Assembly (NCBI GenBank): GCA_003971905.1
Contig: RSEE01000036.1
Span: 434,001 to 498,000 of the forward strand
Reading direction: 5' to 3'
DNA length: 64,000 nt
Source of the DNA: Moniliella sp. 'wahieum'
Taxonomy: Eukaryota
Part shown: in pieces, positions 1-13,200 of the stretch
Numbering within the stretch: position 1 is the first letter of the stretch
How the letters are laid out: the number at the start of each line of letters is the position of its first letter
The notes under the pieces: generated by a model
What the model was told of the DNA's origin: nothing
What the model saw: the letters and a program-made list of their open reading frames with translations, nothing else
The model's database searches: none
Position numbers and translations under genes: made by a program

Positions 1-701
1 TCTTTTTTGACCCGCGCCCTGGCGACCGGGTGGTGCCCTACGCACCCACATCGCCCCCGCCTCAACCTTCGTCCTTACCCATGCCGTGGCCTGGGCACAC
101 CAGCTCTCACCTCCCCGTCAGCTTCTCCGACCCGGCCGACCTGGCGGGCAAGCTGGACCACGTCCCCTCTCTTCGCACATCCATCAGGGCTCCCGCACCG
201 ATTCGGGCAACAGCCATTCCGACCGGACCGGACCCAAAGTGGGGGCAGTGGGTTCGCCACGCTAGATACGGTTCGCCGCCCTTTTCGGCGCTACGGATGC
301 CCACCACCACCGCGCTTCCACACCTCTACCACCGCCACCAACGCCCACCACGCCCTGCTCGGCCGCGTCGCGCAAACCGGGCTGGACCAAGATCAAGATC
401 TTCCATTCGGCCACTGACGAGTTGGTCGCCGTGCGTGTCGATCCGGCTACCATCACTACGCCGACTTGTTGGCCAAAGCGCGCGAACGACTGGGCAGCCA
501 AATTGTGTGCTGCGCTACCCCGAGTCGCTCGGTGCGGGCGATACCGCCGCCGCGGCCATCGCGGGCCGCCGAGGCGGCGTGCCCTACAACGCCAACTCGA
601 CAGGACGCATGGTGATGGTGCGCTTGTTGGACGATGACGATCTGCGCGAATTGGCTCGAACATGGCGGGGTAAGGCAATGCTGTTTGCCGCGGCGCAGTA
701 A
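1..701 (+). CDS. BEM1: 3' end of a Bem1/Scd2-like polarity scaffold (C-terminal PB1 domain); frameshifted
   Basis: Joining frames from about 383 gives WTKIKIFHSATDELVAVRVDPATI..ADLLAKARERLGSQ..LRYPE...VRLLDDDDLRELARTWRGKAMLFAAAQ*, a PB1-type pattern after a Pro/Ser-rich linker. The 5' part lies outside the window. Confidence 0.6.
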   Translation, partial: FFDPRPGDRVVPYAPTSPPPQPSSLPMPWPGHTSSHLPVSFSDPADLAGKLDHVPSLRTSIRAPAPIRATAIPTGPDPKWGQWVRHARYGSPPFSALRMPTTTALPHLYHRHQRPPRPARPRRANRAGPRSRSSIRPLTSWSPCVSIRLPSLRRLVGQSARTTGQPNCVLRYPESLGAGDTAAAAIAGRRGGVPYNANSTGRMVMVRLLDDDDLRELARTWRGKAMLFAAAQ

Positions 702-1631
702 CTCCCCCCCCCCCCTTGCCCCTCCAAAGTCTCGAGAGCCCCGCTGCTGTGGCCTTTGAACCAACCTCGTTTTTCGCTTGACTAGGGGGTCCTTGATTGT
801 GTGAACGCCGCGCTTAGCTCGGACCCCGTTTCGCTTTGCCGCTCTCGTTTGGCATGGACTTGACTGCTTTCTTGCCCTTTTTCTTATCTGCCGAGACGGA
901 GGCGGGTTGCAGTGGGCTTAGAGGTATACGACCTGTCGGTCTGTCGGTCTGTGGTTCTGTCAGTTTGTATGTCGGTTTCTCTGTTGATCTGCATGCGGAG
1001 AGGACCTCTTGGCCGCTGTCCCTGCCTTTCCCCTCTCCCCTTCCCCCGCCTGGACGCACACCCCGAGAGACTTTCGTTCGTTGTATACTTGCATACCCTT
1101 CTATTAGCTCGAAGAATATTATAACGAAAGTACAAGCGGTCCAAACAGGGTTTGTTGTAGTGCGAGGGGTCGAAACCTCGACAGGGCTGCCTACACGCCA
1201 AACGGAGAGAGATGTAGGGCGGGTTTCAATCCAAGCGACTAAGGGACTTGGTCGTTGCCTCTTCCAGAGTGGATGTGCATATGCCCTGCCGAGAGGGAAG
1301 AGTCACTGACTGAACTTAGGCGACCCTCTCTGCCTGTGTAGTTATGCCGATTCAGGCAGTGGCTGCTGCTTCGACTATAATACCACAATCAGGGGAGGAG
1401 AGAACCAAAGGAAAACAAAAGAGAATAGACAAGAGTAACAGGCGATGTGGAGATGGCATGAATCAAGAGAGTTGAACCACCCGAACAACATGGTCGGCAG
1501 AGACAAAAGGTCATGTTTGTTGCGGGGAGAGAACGACGAGGAAGGATGGGCCGGCTCCCAAGTACTTCAATCCTTTTGCCGATCGAAACAAAAGGAACCC
1601 AAGGTCCGGCAGGGGGGGGCGGGGTGCACTT

Positions 1632-4600
1632 TTAGTAGGGGGGAGGGCTGTACGGCCGCTGCGCGTCGTCGGGCATGTTGCCTTCAGGAGGGAGGGAGAG
1701 GTGCAAGCCAAGGGCGCGGTTGAGGATCGAGTAGGCCACCAAACCGGTCCATCCGGTCTGGTGGGACGCGCCCAAACCGCGGCCCGTGTCCCCATCAAAG
1801 TACTCTGGCACCGAAACGAGGGGGGAAAAGTACGGGTTAAAGTCCAAGAGGTCGGTGCCGCCATTGAGCGGACGTCGGCCCTGGGCGTCAGGAGCAAACA
1901 GGCTTATCAGCCGCCGCTCCAACTCGGACGCTACCTCGGCGAGGGTAAGGTACTTGCCCGATCCGGTGGGCAACTCAATGGTAAAGGAAGAACCATAGTA
2001 GGCATGGAACTTGAATAACGACTCGATCAACAAAAAGTTGGTCGCAATCCAAATCGGACCGCGCCAGTTCGAGTTGCCACCAAACATGCCCGATTTGGAG
2101 TCGGCCGGCCAGTACTGCACACCAAAGGACTGGCCATCGATCCAGACTTGCCACGGATGGTCCAGGTGGTACTTGGACAGGGACCGAATGCCATGATCCG
2201 ACAAGAACTCGGTCTCGTCCAGCATGCGGCGCAAGATGCGCTCCAGCCGCTCGCGCGACACGAGCGCCAACAGCCGCTTGTCGCCTTGGCCTACTACACG
2301 CATGTTGGCCATATTGCGCTGGCTGAGCGCAGGACGGTTGTCGACAAACCATTGGAAGCGCTTGGCAAACGAGGGGAAGCGTTCGAGCGCAGAAGGTTCG
2401 ATGGTCAACACGGAAAAGATGGGGATCAAACCGACCAGAGAACGGACATTGACGCGGCGGTATCCAGCCTCGGGCGTCGCGCCGAGTTGAACGGCATCGT
2501 AGTAAAAGCCTTCCTCTTCGTCCCAGAGCGTCAGACCTTGGTTGTCGGCGCCCGGGTAGGTAAGCGCATCGGAAATGAAAAGTGCTCAAAGAACTTGGAT
2601 GCAATGTCCTCGTAGTTGGGGTTGAAGCGAGCCAGCCTAGGGGGAAAGTGAGCCGCGAGGAGAAAGAGAGAAAGAATGATGTTAGAGGAGGCTTTTCTTC
2701 TCCTTGATGGAAACAGAAAAAAAGGGGGGAAAGGACAACGTACTCCAATGCAATGGTAAGCATCGTCAGTGCATAAAACGCCATCCATGCGGTCCCGTCC
2801 GACTGGCGAAGAGTGCCTCCGCCCGGCAACGGCTCGGAGCGGTTGAAAGGTCCAATGTTGTCCAGACCAAGGAAGCCACCTTCAAATACGTTCATGCCTG
2901 AAGCGTCCTTGCGGTTTCTGGGAGAAGAGAGGTCATGTCAGAGTCAAGACAAGAGAGAGTCCCACTCAACTTGTTGGTAAGACGAACGAGGGAAAGATAC
3001 GTACACCCACCACGTAAAGTTGATGAGCAACTTTTGGAACACGCGTTCTAAAAAGTCCACGTCGCGAGTGCCATAGATTTTCTCTTCGATACGATAGACG
3101 GAAGGTGGCCCAAGCGTGTACGGGGGGATTGACATCGTCAAAGTTCCACTCGTAGGCAGGCATAGCCCCATCGGGTTTCATGTACCATTCTCGCGTATAC
3201 ACGTCCAGCTGCGACTTGGCAAACGCTGGATCGACCAAAGCGAGCGGAATGGTATGGAAGGCCAAATCCCACAGCGCTGGGTACGGGTACTCAAACTTGT
3301 CTGGGACCGAGATGACATCGTACATGTACAGGTTGGTCCAGGACGCATTACGGTTGTTGGCCCGATGGGGCGGCGGCGGCGGCTGGCCTGGGTCGCCGGT
3401 AATCCAAGGACGTTGGACAAAGTAGTAAAACTGCTTGCTCCACAACATGCCTGCCAACAATTGACGAAGCACATTGGCCGAGTCGCCGGTCACTTGCTTG
3501 CCCGACAAGCGATCGTAAAATTCGTCCGCCTCGGCCCGGCGCTCATCCATCGTCGCATCCAACGCATCGTCATCGTCAATTGACTTGTCCGTTGCAATCG
3601 TGTGCGGGGTCAACTTGAGCCGCATCACGACACAACCGCCTCGAGCGGGCACTTGTTTGAAAAAGTAGTGAGCGCCCACTTTTGTTCCTGTTAGGTTGGG
3701 ATTGACATAGTTCGTGTCCGGTGCTGCGCCTTCGGGACGGTGGGAGGGGATGAGGTGGTCATGAAAGGCGTCCTTGGAATAAATGTGGGGGTTTTCACCC
3801 TGATACAGACGGGCATAGTTGGTGTCGTTCTCGGTAACAAAAATGTCGGTTTCACCTCTTCCTCCGACACAAGCTTGGGGTAGGACTGGCCGTCCCATGG
3901 TTCCGCCGGGGCCGGGGACGAGTGCGCATACCAAAAGTAGCGGCCCAACGTGGGGTGATCCAGCTGCACGGCTCCCTCGGCAGCTAGGATGAGCGAGGGC
4001 TTGTCCTCTGGCTCGTGGACCGACCAGGCCCACGTGTTGCGAAACGTGGCCTGAGGCACCAAGTGCAGGTCGGCAGGTTCGGGCCCACGGTTGAAGGCGG
4101 TGATGCGCATTGAGATGGCATTCTCCTCATCGGCATCCTTGGCATACTCGACCAGAATGTCCCAGTACTTGTTATCCTCAAACGCGTCCGTGTCGGTGAT
4201 CTCAAACTCGGGTACCTCGCGCGAGCGCTGGCCATTCTCACGGAGCAACTCGTCGTACGGGTACGCGCACTGCGGGTATTTGTACATGTACTTCATGTAC
4301 GAGTGACTCGGCACATTGTCAAGGTAATAATACAGCTCCTTGACATCTTCACCATGATTGCCCTCTTGATTGGCAAGGCCAAACGCACGTTCCTTGAGGA
4401 TCGGGTCCTTGCCGTTCCACAGTGCGAGGGTGATGGCAAGTCGACCATGGTTGTCAGAAAGTCCACCCAAGCCATCCTCCACTCCCCAGCGGTAGGCACG
4501 CGAGCGTGCATGTTCGTGAGGGAAGTAGGCCCAGGCATTTCCGTCTTCCGAGTAATCCTCGCGCACCGTGGCCCACTGGCGCTCCGGAGTATAGGGCCCC

Positions 4601-5109
4601 CAACGACGCCAGTAGCGCTCTTTGGCGGCTTCTTCGCCCATGCGCAGTTCTTCCACCGTCTTGTCTTGAGCATCCTTGGGTAGTGGCTTTCGGAAGACAT
4701 GGGGAGGCTCGGTGGCGGACAGGGTGGCATCCGCTAGCGCATCTACCATGCTAGCCTCCTTGGTGTCTTGCACCTCATCGGATGTGGGGCCGAGCTGAGG
4801 CTCGGCGTACGAGTAGCGGCGACGCGGGCGCGCCGAAGCCCCCGAGCTGGCGCGCTGAGCACGTGTGCGGACGGCAGCTTCGGATCGATGGGCCGCTTCA
4901 GACAAGCTGCCGGGCGACTGGCTGCGAAGGCGACGGAGGGCAGCGAGCCTGTGGCTGGCGGCAGCACTGAAGGAGGAGGTGATGCGTTCGGCAGGCTTGG
5001 CGGGCTGAAGCGCGGCGAGCTGCTGCAGGCGGGCCGAGTTGGGGCTGGGCCGAGAGGCGCGCGTGGGGAGGTCGTCGAGCTTGCTGGCGTGCGTCTCGCG
5101 AGCGGACAT
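1632..5109 (-). CDS. Glycoside hydrolase family 63-like protein (YMR196W / mannosylglycerate hydrolase-like)
   Basis: Motifs [80 protein letters not shown] and [26 protein letters not shown] introns at 2918-3004 and 2637-2743. Alternative ATG near 4749. Several frameshifts. Confidence 0.9.
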
Positions 5110-6018
5110 GACGGCGGCCTACTGCAGTCGAGGGGGGGAGGCACAGGCGAGCCGGGCCAAGGGAAGCGAGACGGATGGTATTTGTAGGAATGAATGGCGT
5201 GGGCAGAGCTGAGCCGCTGGGCTGCGCCAGGCTGAGCCTGGCACGGAGCGAGTCGGGGCCAGACGGGCCCCATCTCGGGGCAACGCAGGTGGAAGCAGGC
5301 CCAGCAGGCCCAAGCGCAGGCAGTCTCATCAGCAGGCTCAGCTGGCAGCCTAGCCCATACCCCAGCATCACCCATGGCCCATGCGACACGGGAGCCCCCA
5401 GCGGCTCTTCGCGAGCTCACGAGGCTGACGTCACATGTCGCAGTGCCACCCATACCATAAGCGCGTGTTGCGTTAAGTGGCCTCGTGAGTTACTCCGGGT
5501 TTCCTCTGCCGATCCTCCTTTTGCCCGTCCAGCCGGGAGTGGCGGGGCGCTGGGCACTGGCGGCCCTTCACGCTTCTCACCCCCGCACTCACGCACAAGA
5601 CGCTTGGCGGGCTGGCGCTGAAGATTGGCTTTGGGGAGTGCATATGGAGGCCAGCCCGAGGCGCCGTGGCCTACAGCAGGTGTTAATCCTGCGATTGATT
5701 GGGTCTGCGCGGCTGCAATAGTCGATAGGCGAAGACGGGCCTGTGGAGGGTATGAAATGCTGACATCACGTACCCACTCTCCCCCGCCTGGGTCCGATGG
5801 GCGATGCATGAGCGCATAGCGCTGTGCGACGCATATTCCCCGCGGGGCCAGGCGAGCGGTGACGGTGGCCGGTGACTCTCGACTGGCGCTGTGTACGCCC
5901 CGCGCACAGCCGAAATTGAAAGAGGCAAGTCGTTGCCCTGGGTGACGTCACCCTCAGCAGGCACATCTGCATCCTGCTTGATCTCATCCCATCCCATCCC
6001 ACCCCCACCCCACCCGCC

Positions 6019-6821
6019 ATGCCGACCAGCAAGCGCATCCCCGCCACGCCCCATTCGCCTCCGCCTTCCCGAAAGCGCCCCCGCCCCGCCCCCGTCCCGC
6101 CCCCAGCACCGCCACCGTGCCTCCGCCACTCCCTCGCCTGCGGCTGCGCCGCCCTCGACGCATCGGCCTCAGCAGACGTCCTTGGCGTCTGCCGGCCCAT
6201 CCACCGACGCCCAGCGGCTAGATGCTGCAGCACGGATCCTTGCTCTCCGCCTTTCCCTTGCTGCTTACAAGGTGCAACGTGGGATGGCGCCTTACCCATG
6301 GGAATCAGTTGCTGCCCTTGTCCGTCTGCCCGGGTACGATGACGAGCGCACACTGGCCAAAGCTGCTGCTACTGCTGCTGCTGCTGCTGCCGCCACCGCT
6401 CCTTCTGCTCAGGGCGCCGCACATGCTTCTCAACCCTATGCTCGATCCCAACGCCGAGAACTCCCTCGCTGTCGGCATCGTGCAATCATCCCCCTACTTC
6501 GCTCCCCACCCCGCATACAGCCAAGTCCTCCATCCTCACAGCTCCCCTTGGCTCGACCCTGCGTTGGTAGTTGCCGGTCTTGTTACGCCTCCCGCATCAC
6601 CAAGTTACCGGGTAGAGACCACGAGACGCAGAGTGAGCTTTCCTCAGCGATCGCCCTCCCCTCTTCCGCCTGGGATGAAGCGTGCGGCATCGCCCCCGAC
6701 CCCCACTCCAATTGGGTTGGCTCACCATGGGGACGATTGCCGAACCCTAGTCCCCCATTCCACCGCTTCACTCAATGCTACAGCCAGAGGAGAGTCCGCG
6801 GCCACCTCGGCTGTCCGCTGA
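6019..6821 (+). CDS. Whi5/Nrm1-like G1/S transcriptional repressor (putative)
   Basis: AARILALRLSLAAYKVQRGMAPYPWESV at about 6214-6310 fits the LxxRLxxAxxK Whi5/Nrm1 motif. The protein is small, disordered and has many SP/TP sites. Frameshifted, C-terminus uncertain. Confidence 0.55.
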
Positions 6822-7356
6822 CTGCCTCGAACCTGCCCGATGGACCTACCACATTCAGCTCTGCTTCGGCGGCACCCGCCTTGCCCTCGCTTCAAACGGT
6901 GGGCCGCCGGGACCCAAGTCATACGAGGACTTTTGGCACCGCCTCTCCTCTACCACGCTCCGTGCCAACTCAGCGCTCCCACGCTTACCGGCCTCGTTGG
7001 ACTGGCAAGACCCAAATCCCCCTCGACCCGCTTAGCTTTTTTTCTTTTTTTTTTTTCTCGTCCCACCTCTGCCACACTTTTTCCTGGCGGCCCATCCCCA
7101 CTCGCACTCCCCCCCCGACCTTCCCCCCCCATTCCCCTGGTTGTTGTTGTCATATACCCCTCCTTCCCCCTTTTCCGTCGACTACGTCGGACGGCGTTGC
7201 CCATTGTAAACTGAACATCAATTGGATTGGTCACGAGCGTCGGTCCCATTGACCAGCTGGCTCATCGATTGCCGCCAACGCACACACCCGCCGCATACAG
7301 GGTCCCGCCCTTGTTCGAATCCACTGCATAGTCGTACCGAGTGACCACTTGTGTTC

Positions 7357-9487
7357 TTATCGTCGGCCTGCCGCCTTGGTAGCCTTGGTAGCCTTGGCAC
7401 GCGGCCGCGACCCGGCCGCCAACGGGTTGGCGGGCACACCGCGAGCTCGTTTAGCCTGGCTTGGACCAGGAGCCGAGGAAGCGGCGGCCGGTCGTTTGCC
7501 TGGAGCGGTCAAACGGGTTCGAGCGCGGGGTGCGGACGTGGACATGTCCCCTACCCCTGGGGCGGCAACAGCACCTGTCATGTCCGCTTCCGTCCTGGCC
7601 AGTCTCGGTGGTGGCAGCACTCTGGGCCTCGGCGGCCTGGTTGGTAGCCCGGGCAGCTTGCATCGCCCTGCGCACAGTAGCGCGTTGGGGCTCGACGCGC
7701 GCCACGTCGATCCAATCGGACAGTTCACGCGGGAGGAGGGTGAGAGCGGTGGTGTACACGTCGTGGCGGGCATCCACATGACCATGCGCGACCAACGCGG
7801 CCAACAAGTCCGTCTCGGTAATCGTCACGGCCCTTGTTGAGCTCGTTTCGTTCGGGCGACGCAACCGAGCCCGAGCTGCCGCCGACACGTCACGCGCTAA
7901 CGCACCAAAAAACGCATCGGACGCATCCTGCACCGCTGTCAAGGCTGCCGGGTCCAAGCGATAGTTGTTTCCGGCCACGGCGGAAAAGAGACGCGTGACC
8001 AGCGTCGCTGGCACCCGATCTCGATCTCGTCGGGTAGGACGACGGGTCGGATTGCGGCGCGCAAGTCGTTGCCTCAACACCCCTCCCACCGATTGATCCG
8101 ACGCCCACGAGCCGTCCGAATCGACTTCGGCTTCGGCTTCCGCTCCTGCTTCCCCTTGCTCTCGTGACTCGCCTTCGGGTGGGTAAAGCGTGGTTGCCCC
8201 AGGCGCTTCGTCTTCATCGACTTGGTCAAATTGACCCGGTTCCTCCTCCCCTAGCTCTCCTTCCACCTCTTCAGCCCCCACCCCAGCGGAGAGATCAAGC
8301 ATCCGAGTGGCGGATGCAGCCGTCGCATCTCCCTCGCCCACCGACCTTTCGCCTGAGGTGGCACCTACCCCAGTCAACTGATCGTGGGTGAGGGAGACTT
8401 CCTGTCTGGGATACAGCATTGATGGGTCCTCTGCTTCGCCAAATAGATCCGGAGCATCTTCCAACGCGGGCATTTCGTCTCCCAGTCCATAGAGGTCCGC
8501 CTCGGTAGGTTGGCCTGCCAAACTGGCACCGAGACTGGTGCGTGGCGGAGCGGCGCGGCGGGCCATCTCACTCCCGTCTGCCGTATAGTCGGATTGGGCA
8601 GGGGTTTGTGCCCCTGCACGGGCCGGCACGGCATCTGAGCTGGAAGAGAGGGTGGGAAGAAAGAGGGGGGTGCGGGGCGACCCGACTGGCATCGCCGCCT
8701 CCCAACCGGACTTGCATGGAAAGACGCCGGGAGAGAGCAGCGGACATGGTGCTCAAGTCGGTAGGATCGACGGCCAAGAGACGGGTAAGTTCCTCTTCGG
8801 CCAGACGGTCCCTCTCTCGTTCAGCCTGCTCAGTTGCCTCTTCCTCCTCCCCTTGCTCCCTCGTCTACCCAGCGCACCACGCGGCGAAGTGGACGCCAAC
8901 ACGCGTTCCAGCGCTTGGCGAGCCAGGAGGGAGAGGGCAGATTGAGTTGATCCAACTCCGCCGCCCAGTCGTCCTCGTCCTCGTCCTCGTCTTCGTCTCG
9001 TCCTGGTTGGTGCCCCTCCTACCGGTTCGGCTCCGGTCCAAGCTGAGCCCGGGCCGAGCGGTATGAGTCAAGTCACCGGGCACAGGTGGGCCGGGTGGAG
9101 AAGCGGTGGTCCAGGCTGGATCAACGTTCCGCCAAAGGTCGTGTCCAGCTCGGTTTCCAGCCCCGGCTGCTCGGTGGTTGTTTCCAAGAGACTCAGGTCT
9201 GGCCGCGGAGGAGCTGGAGGCGGAAGAGCAGAGTGTTGGTTAGCCAACCACTGGTAGCAACGAGCAAAAGGTAGGTACGATACGCACGATGGGCCAAGCG
9301 CCACAGTAGGTCAAATGGACTCTCCACTCTGCCTGCGCCGGCACGGAGGGTAGACCGACGGGCGCGCGGCCGCCGTGACTCGGATGCACGACGGATCGCA
9401 GAGCGGGTCAGGGGCGTACGCGCCGTGCCGGGCGTGCGGGCAGCAGGAGTACGGTGTGGGGTGCGGGCGTGGAGGGGCAGGACGCAT
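7357..9487 (-). CDS. CENP-T/Cnp20-like kinetochore protein (long disordered N-terminus, C-terminal histone fold)
   Basis: VPATLVTRLFSAVAG..RLDPAALTAVQDASDAFFGALARDVSAAAR..RAVTITETDLLAALVAHGHVDARHDVYTTALTLLPRELSDWID matches the CENP-T histone fold plus its LPxEL extension. Start and stop are approximate. Confidence 0.65.
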
Positions 9488-9679
9488 CGATCTGCAGGGA
9501 AGGATCGGCTGGCTGGCCTTCAGGCGCTGCGGATGGCGGGAAAATATCGCCAAGGGTGCTATCAATCGACAAACGGCTGGCACGCGGACCCAGACGGGCA
9601 GCGGTGGCGAGAGAAGCGGCCGGTTGCGCTGACGCGCGAAGGGGGGTGCCTCCCACGGCGGCGGTAGGTCGCGACGGAT

Positions 9680-9730
9680 GCCCCCCTCGGCGGGCGGAGG
9701 CGCTGCAGCGCCTCCGCCCGCCGGGGGGGC
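9680..9730. repeat. Perfect 36-bp GC-rich palindrome (9688-9723) extended to about 51 bp with one bulge
   Basis: cggcgggcggaggcgctg|cagcgcctccgcccgccg is self-complementary with no spacer. It is flanked by g-cccccc-t on the left and gggggg-c on the right. Confidence 0.95.
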
Positions 9731-10219
9731 GCGCGCGCGGGGGCTGCGGTGTGGCGCTCGAGGCGCGCACCGAGGGGGTTCGTGCGGTGGAGGGCGGGGG
9801 CGCGGATGCACGGCCATCGGCTCCGTCGGGGCGGACAAGGCTCTGGCGAGTGCGGCGGCGGGCGTGGCCGGGTTGGAGGCGGGGTGGTCGCGGTTGTCGT
9901 TGGCTCGGCCAGCCATGGCAGCGGTGTGGGGTGAGCGCAGCGAGGCGTGCTGCGGCCAGCCCACGCGTCGGCGAACGCGACACGACCAGCGCCCTGAAAT
10001 ATTGCACCCATTCGGGGGCTGACGTCAGCGCGGCCTGGGGTGTGCGCTGGTGCCCACTGGGCGCCTCGGAGGCGCTCATCGGCGGTCGATCCTGAGCCCT
10101 GAGCGGTGAATAGGAATGGAACATTGAAACCACGCTCTCCGGCCAAGTCGCGAGCCGAAGACAAAACAAAGTACCCGCGTCACGCGCAGTGTATCGACAC
10201 GCCGTAGCCGGATTAATGA

Positions 10220-13200
10220 TTGGTGCGCCACGCGCTGATGGGGCGGCCACCACCGCTCCGCTTCGTGTGCGTCGCCACCAGCTGCCTGCTCTGCCCCCCG
10301 GCCGGCGTCCTGTCCGCAGCCCCCCGGCCAGCCCCTCCCCACGACGGCCATGATCCGCGCACGCCCGCCAGCCACGCCGCCCTCCTGCACGTCAGCCCCG
10401 CCTTCCGCGACACGTCCTCCCGACCCTGCGTCGCTGCCTCCGCCGCGCTCCTCCACCCCCGTCTCCCGCCCACATCCGCCCCGCCCGACGCCCCTCCTCC
10501 TCCACCGTCCCGAGCACCCAGCTCCTTCCCAGCCCTCTTGCAGCCGGGGCGCCAGCATCCCCCTCTCCCCCTCTCCCCGCCGCAGCTCCCATCGAGCCCG
10601 GCGCCCTCCCCCCCTCTAGCCCGCACGACCGCCCCTACCGACACGAGCACCCACCACTCCTGCTCCCTCATCATGCGGTAGCAGAGATGGACGCCGGAAC
10701 CATGCTCCTGGCTTCCGCGCCCGCCGCGAGTCCAGCCCGCCAGACCACCATGCCTCCAAGCAGGATATGGAGGCGTACCGGCGGCGCCGTTCCCGATCAC
10801 CCCCGCATCGTCGCGCGGAGAACTCCTCCCTCCGGATTTGGGTAGAACGGACGCAAACAAGCACGCATCCACCCCACCCATTCGCGGCTGGCGTACGCGC
10901 TCTCGCTCGCCAGATCGCTACTCACATCGTCGGGAACGAGAGTTGCGCTGCAGGCGCGAGGAGCGTCCCGACTCTCTCAAGGATGCCGGACATGATCCGG
11001 AGCAGCGAGCCAGGGCGCGCACGCCGGAGGGGAGGTGGGTGGAGCGAACCCGTTGTCGCTACGCCTTCTGGTGTTTCCAAGGCTCCCAGTCCTCCTCTTC
11101 GTGACCTGGGAGGGGACAGAGTCAGCGAAAGGGAAATGGGAAGGGAGGGGAAACGAGATGGAGAGGAAAAGGAAAGGGGCAGGGAAAGCGAAAGGGAAAG
11201 GACCGAGAGAGGGACAGGCGGGATCGCCGACTCGGGGACTGGGATTCGGGCGGGGGCGACGATTGTCCCGCCTAATCACGAACTAATATCGCCCACAGTC
11301 GGGACCCCAGCTGAAGAACGAAGCAGCCGTTACTCTCAAGCGAACTGCCTCTGACGATGATCTCGATTGTGCTCGACCTCAAACCCGACCCCGTCTTGCC
11401 AGTGACGCAATGGAGCCCGCTATGACACGCCATCGCTCTTCACGCCCTGGCCGTTTGGACAAGGACAATGGCTGGTCACCCTTCCCTGCAGATGATCATT
11501 CTTCTGTCCCCCCCCCCCTGCCTCGCTTAGTGGCTCGGTAAACCGCGTTGTTTCTCCCTCAGTTCGCTCGGGAGAATTTCTTCTTCCGAAGACCTATCTA
11601 ATGGAGGCATACCCATCCGCCGATCTGACCTTTCTCCCACCTTGACCCAGGTCAAGAAGTCAGAACTACCCCTGGTGAGTACCTTTTTTCTGTGTATTGC
11701 ATGCCAACCCCCCTAACGGTTTGATGTCTCAACAGAATAAGCCGCATGAACGACCTGCTGCGTCGTATCCCCCATCTCCTTGCTCGGCTTCTCCCTCGAC
11801 TCCCTATCCAAAACACACGAGCTGGACCCTCTCAGATTTAGTTGATGAGGCCTCTGCCCGATTGTATCGCAGCTAAAGCAACGTTTCGTGGCCGACATTG
11901 GCCTGCGCTTCTGCCGACCCGAGCTGGCTGTGGCGTTGAAAAACAGACAAGAGTTGTCTCTTCATCCGTTCGTGTCAGAGACTGTACTGGCGTCGTCGTC
12001 CGCGCCTTCCCCGGCGGGAGAAGCAATTTCGACTGCTGGCACGTCTCCTGTCACAGCTGCGTTGACACCCACCGTGCCCACTCTTGGTGATGGGGACAAT
12101 CCCGATTCGTTCCCCCCTCTGATCACCATGGACCGTCCCCAATCCCAATCCCAGTCCGAGTCCCAGTCCCACTGCCCCAATACCATTAAAACGGGGATTG
12201 TCTGCGTTTGGGGGCAAGTTGCCCTCGATTCCGAGGGTGCCCAAGATCCCCACGCCTCTGCCCCAGCTGGAATGCCCGAACACAAGGTGGGCCCACTACC
12301 CTGTTACCCAAGGAGGAGAGGCGGACGACTCTCCCCCCCAAGCAAGGCTGCTGAGAGAGTTGCTCCAAGCGGGTCAGGCATCAAGAGCAAGGACGTTGAG
12401 AGCGTGCGGTTTCGGACGAAGCGCATTTCCTTGTCGGAAGGGGAAAAGAACGAAGATGAAAGTGAAGGTGAAAATGGAGCGTCTGTCGCACGCAAACAGT
12501 CATCACCAAAGTCTACTATCAAAACGGATGTCATTCCCCACGCCCCTTCCCTGGGCTCTGGCATGGACTTGCACGGTGGCGAGCATGATACATCGCGGTC
12601 GATCAAGATGCGTTTCCAGGGTATGGCTCGTAAGCCTTATCCCCAGCATATTCCCGAGCGCACCGACTCGGAACCTAGACTGGATGAGAAGCTGGCCAAG
12701 GCCGGATCTGCCTCAAGGTCTCATCGTCGCCGCCCTTTACCTGACTTTAGCGACTCCGACTCCGATTCCGAACCCCCAAAGCCCCAAGAAAACGTCCAGG
12801 AAGTGCGCCCTGCCTCAGCCGCAACTGCTGCGGATGATGAAGCACTGCTTCAACGTTTGGCCGCAGTTGCCGAACCTATGAACGCGGCGTTGGATCCATT
12901 GTTGCCTGGATGCAGTGGCGCTGAAGCTACAGTCGATATGGAAGAGGCGGCGACCGTGAAGAATGTCCCTGGTCCTTCCGATGTTGTTTCCACGCTCACC
13001 GTGGTGCCCCGTACAAAGAAGACGGGGCGCGCCTCCAATAAGAACAAGGAGACAACAACCGTTCCATCAGGCGCATCCAAGAGTGGGCTCTCTGCCTTAC
13101 CTCCTGTGAACTCGTCCAAATCGCACATGGATCAAGTCCCGACCCCCCTCCATCGTGCCTCGGCCTGCCAAGAAGACTGCACGCCGACGCGTATCGCGAA

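Noticed and set aside
1060..1200. Minus-strand A/B-box-like motifs and GAAAGTCTC resembling a Pol III RNA such as RNase MRP
   Set aside because: The boxes are too closely spaced, and no cloverleaf or matching P4 3' strand was found.
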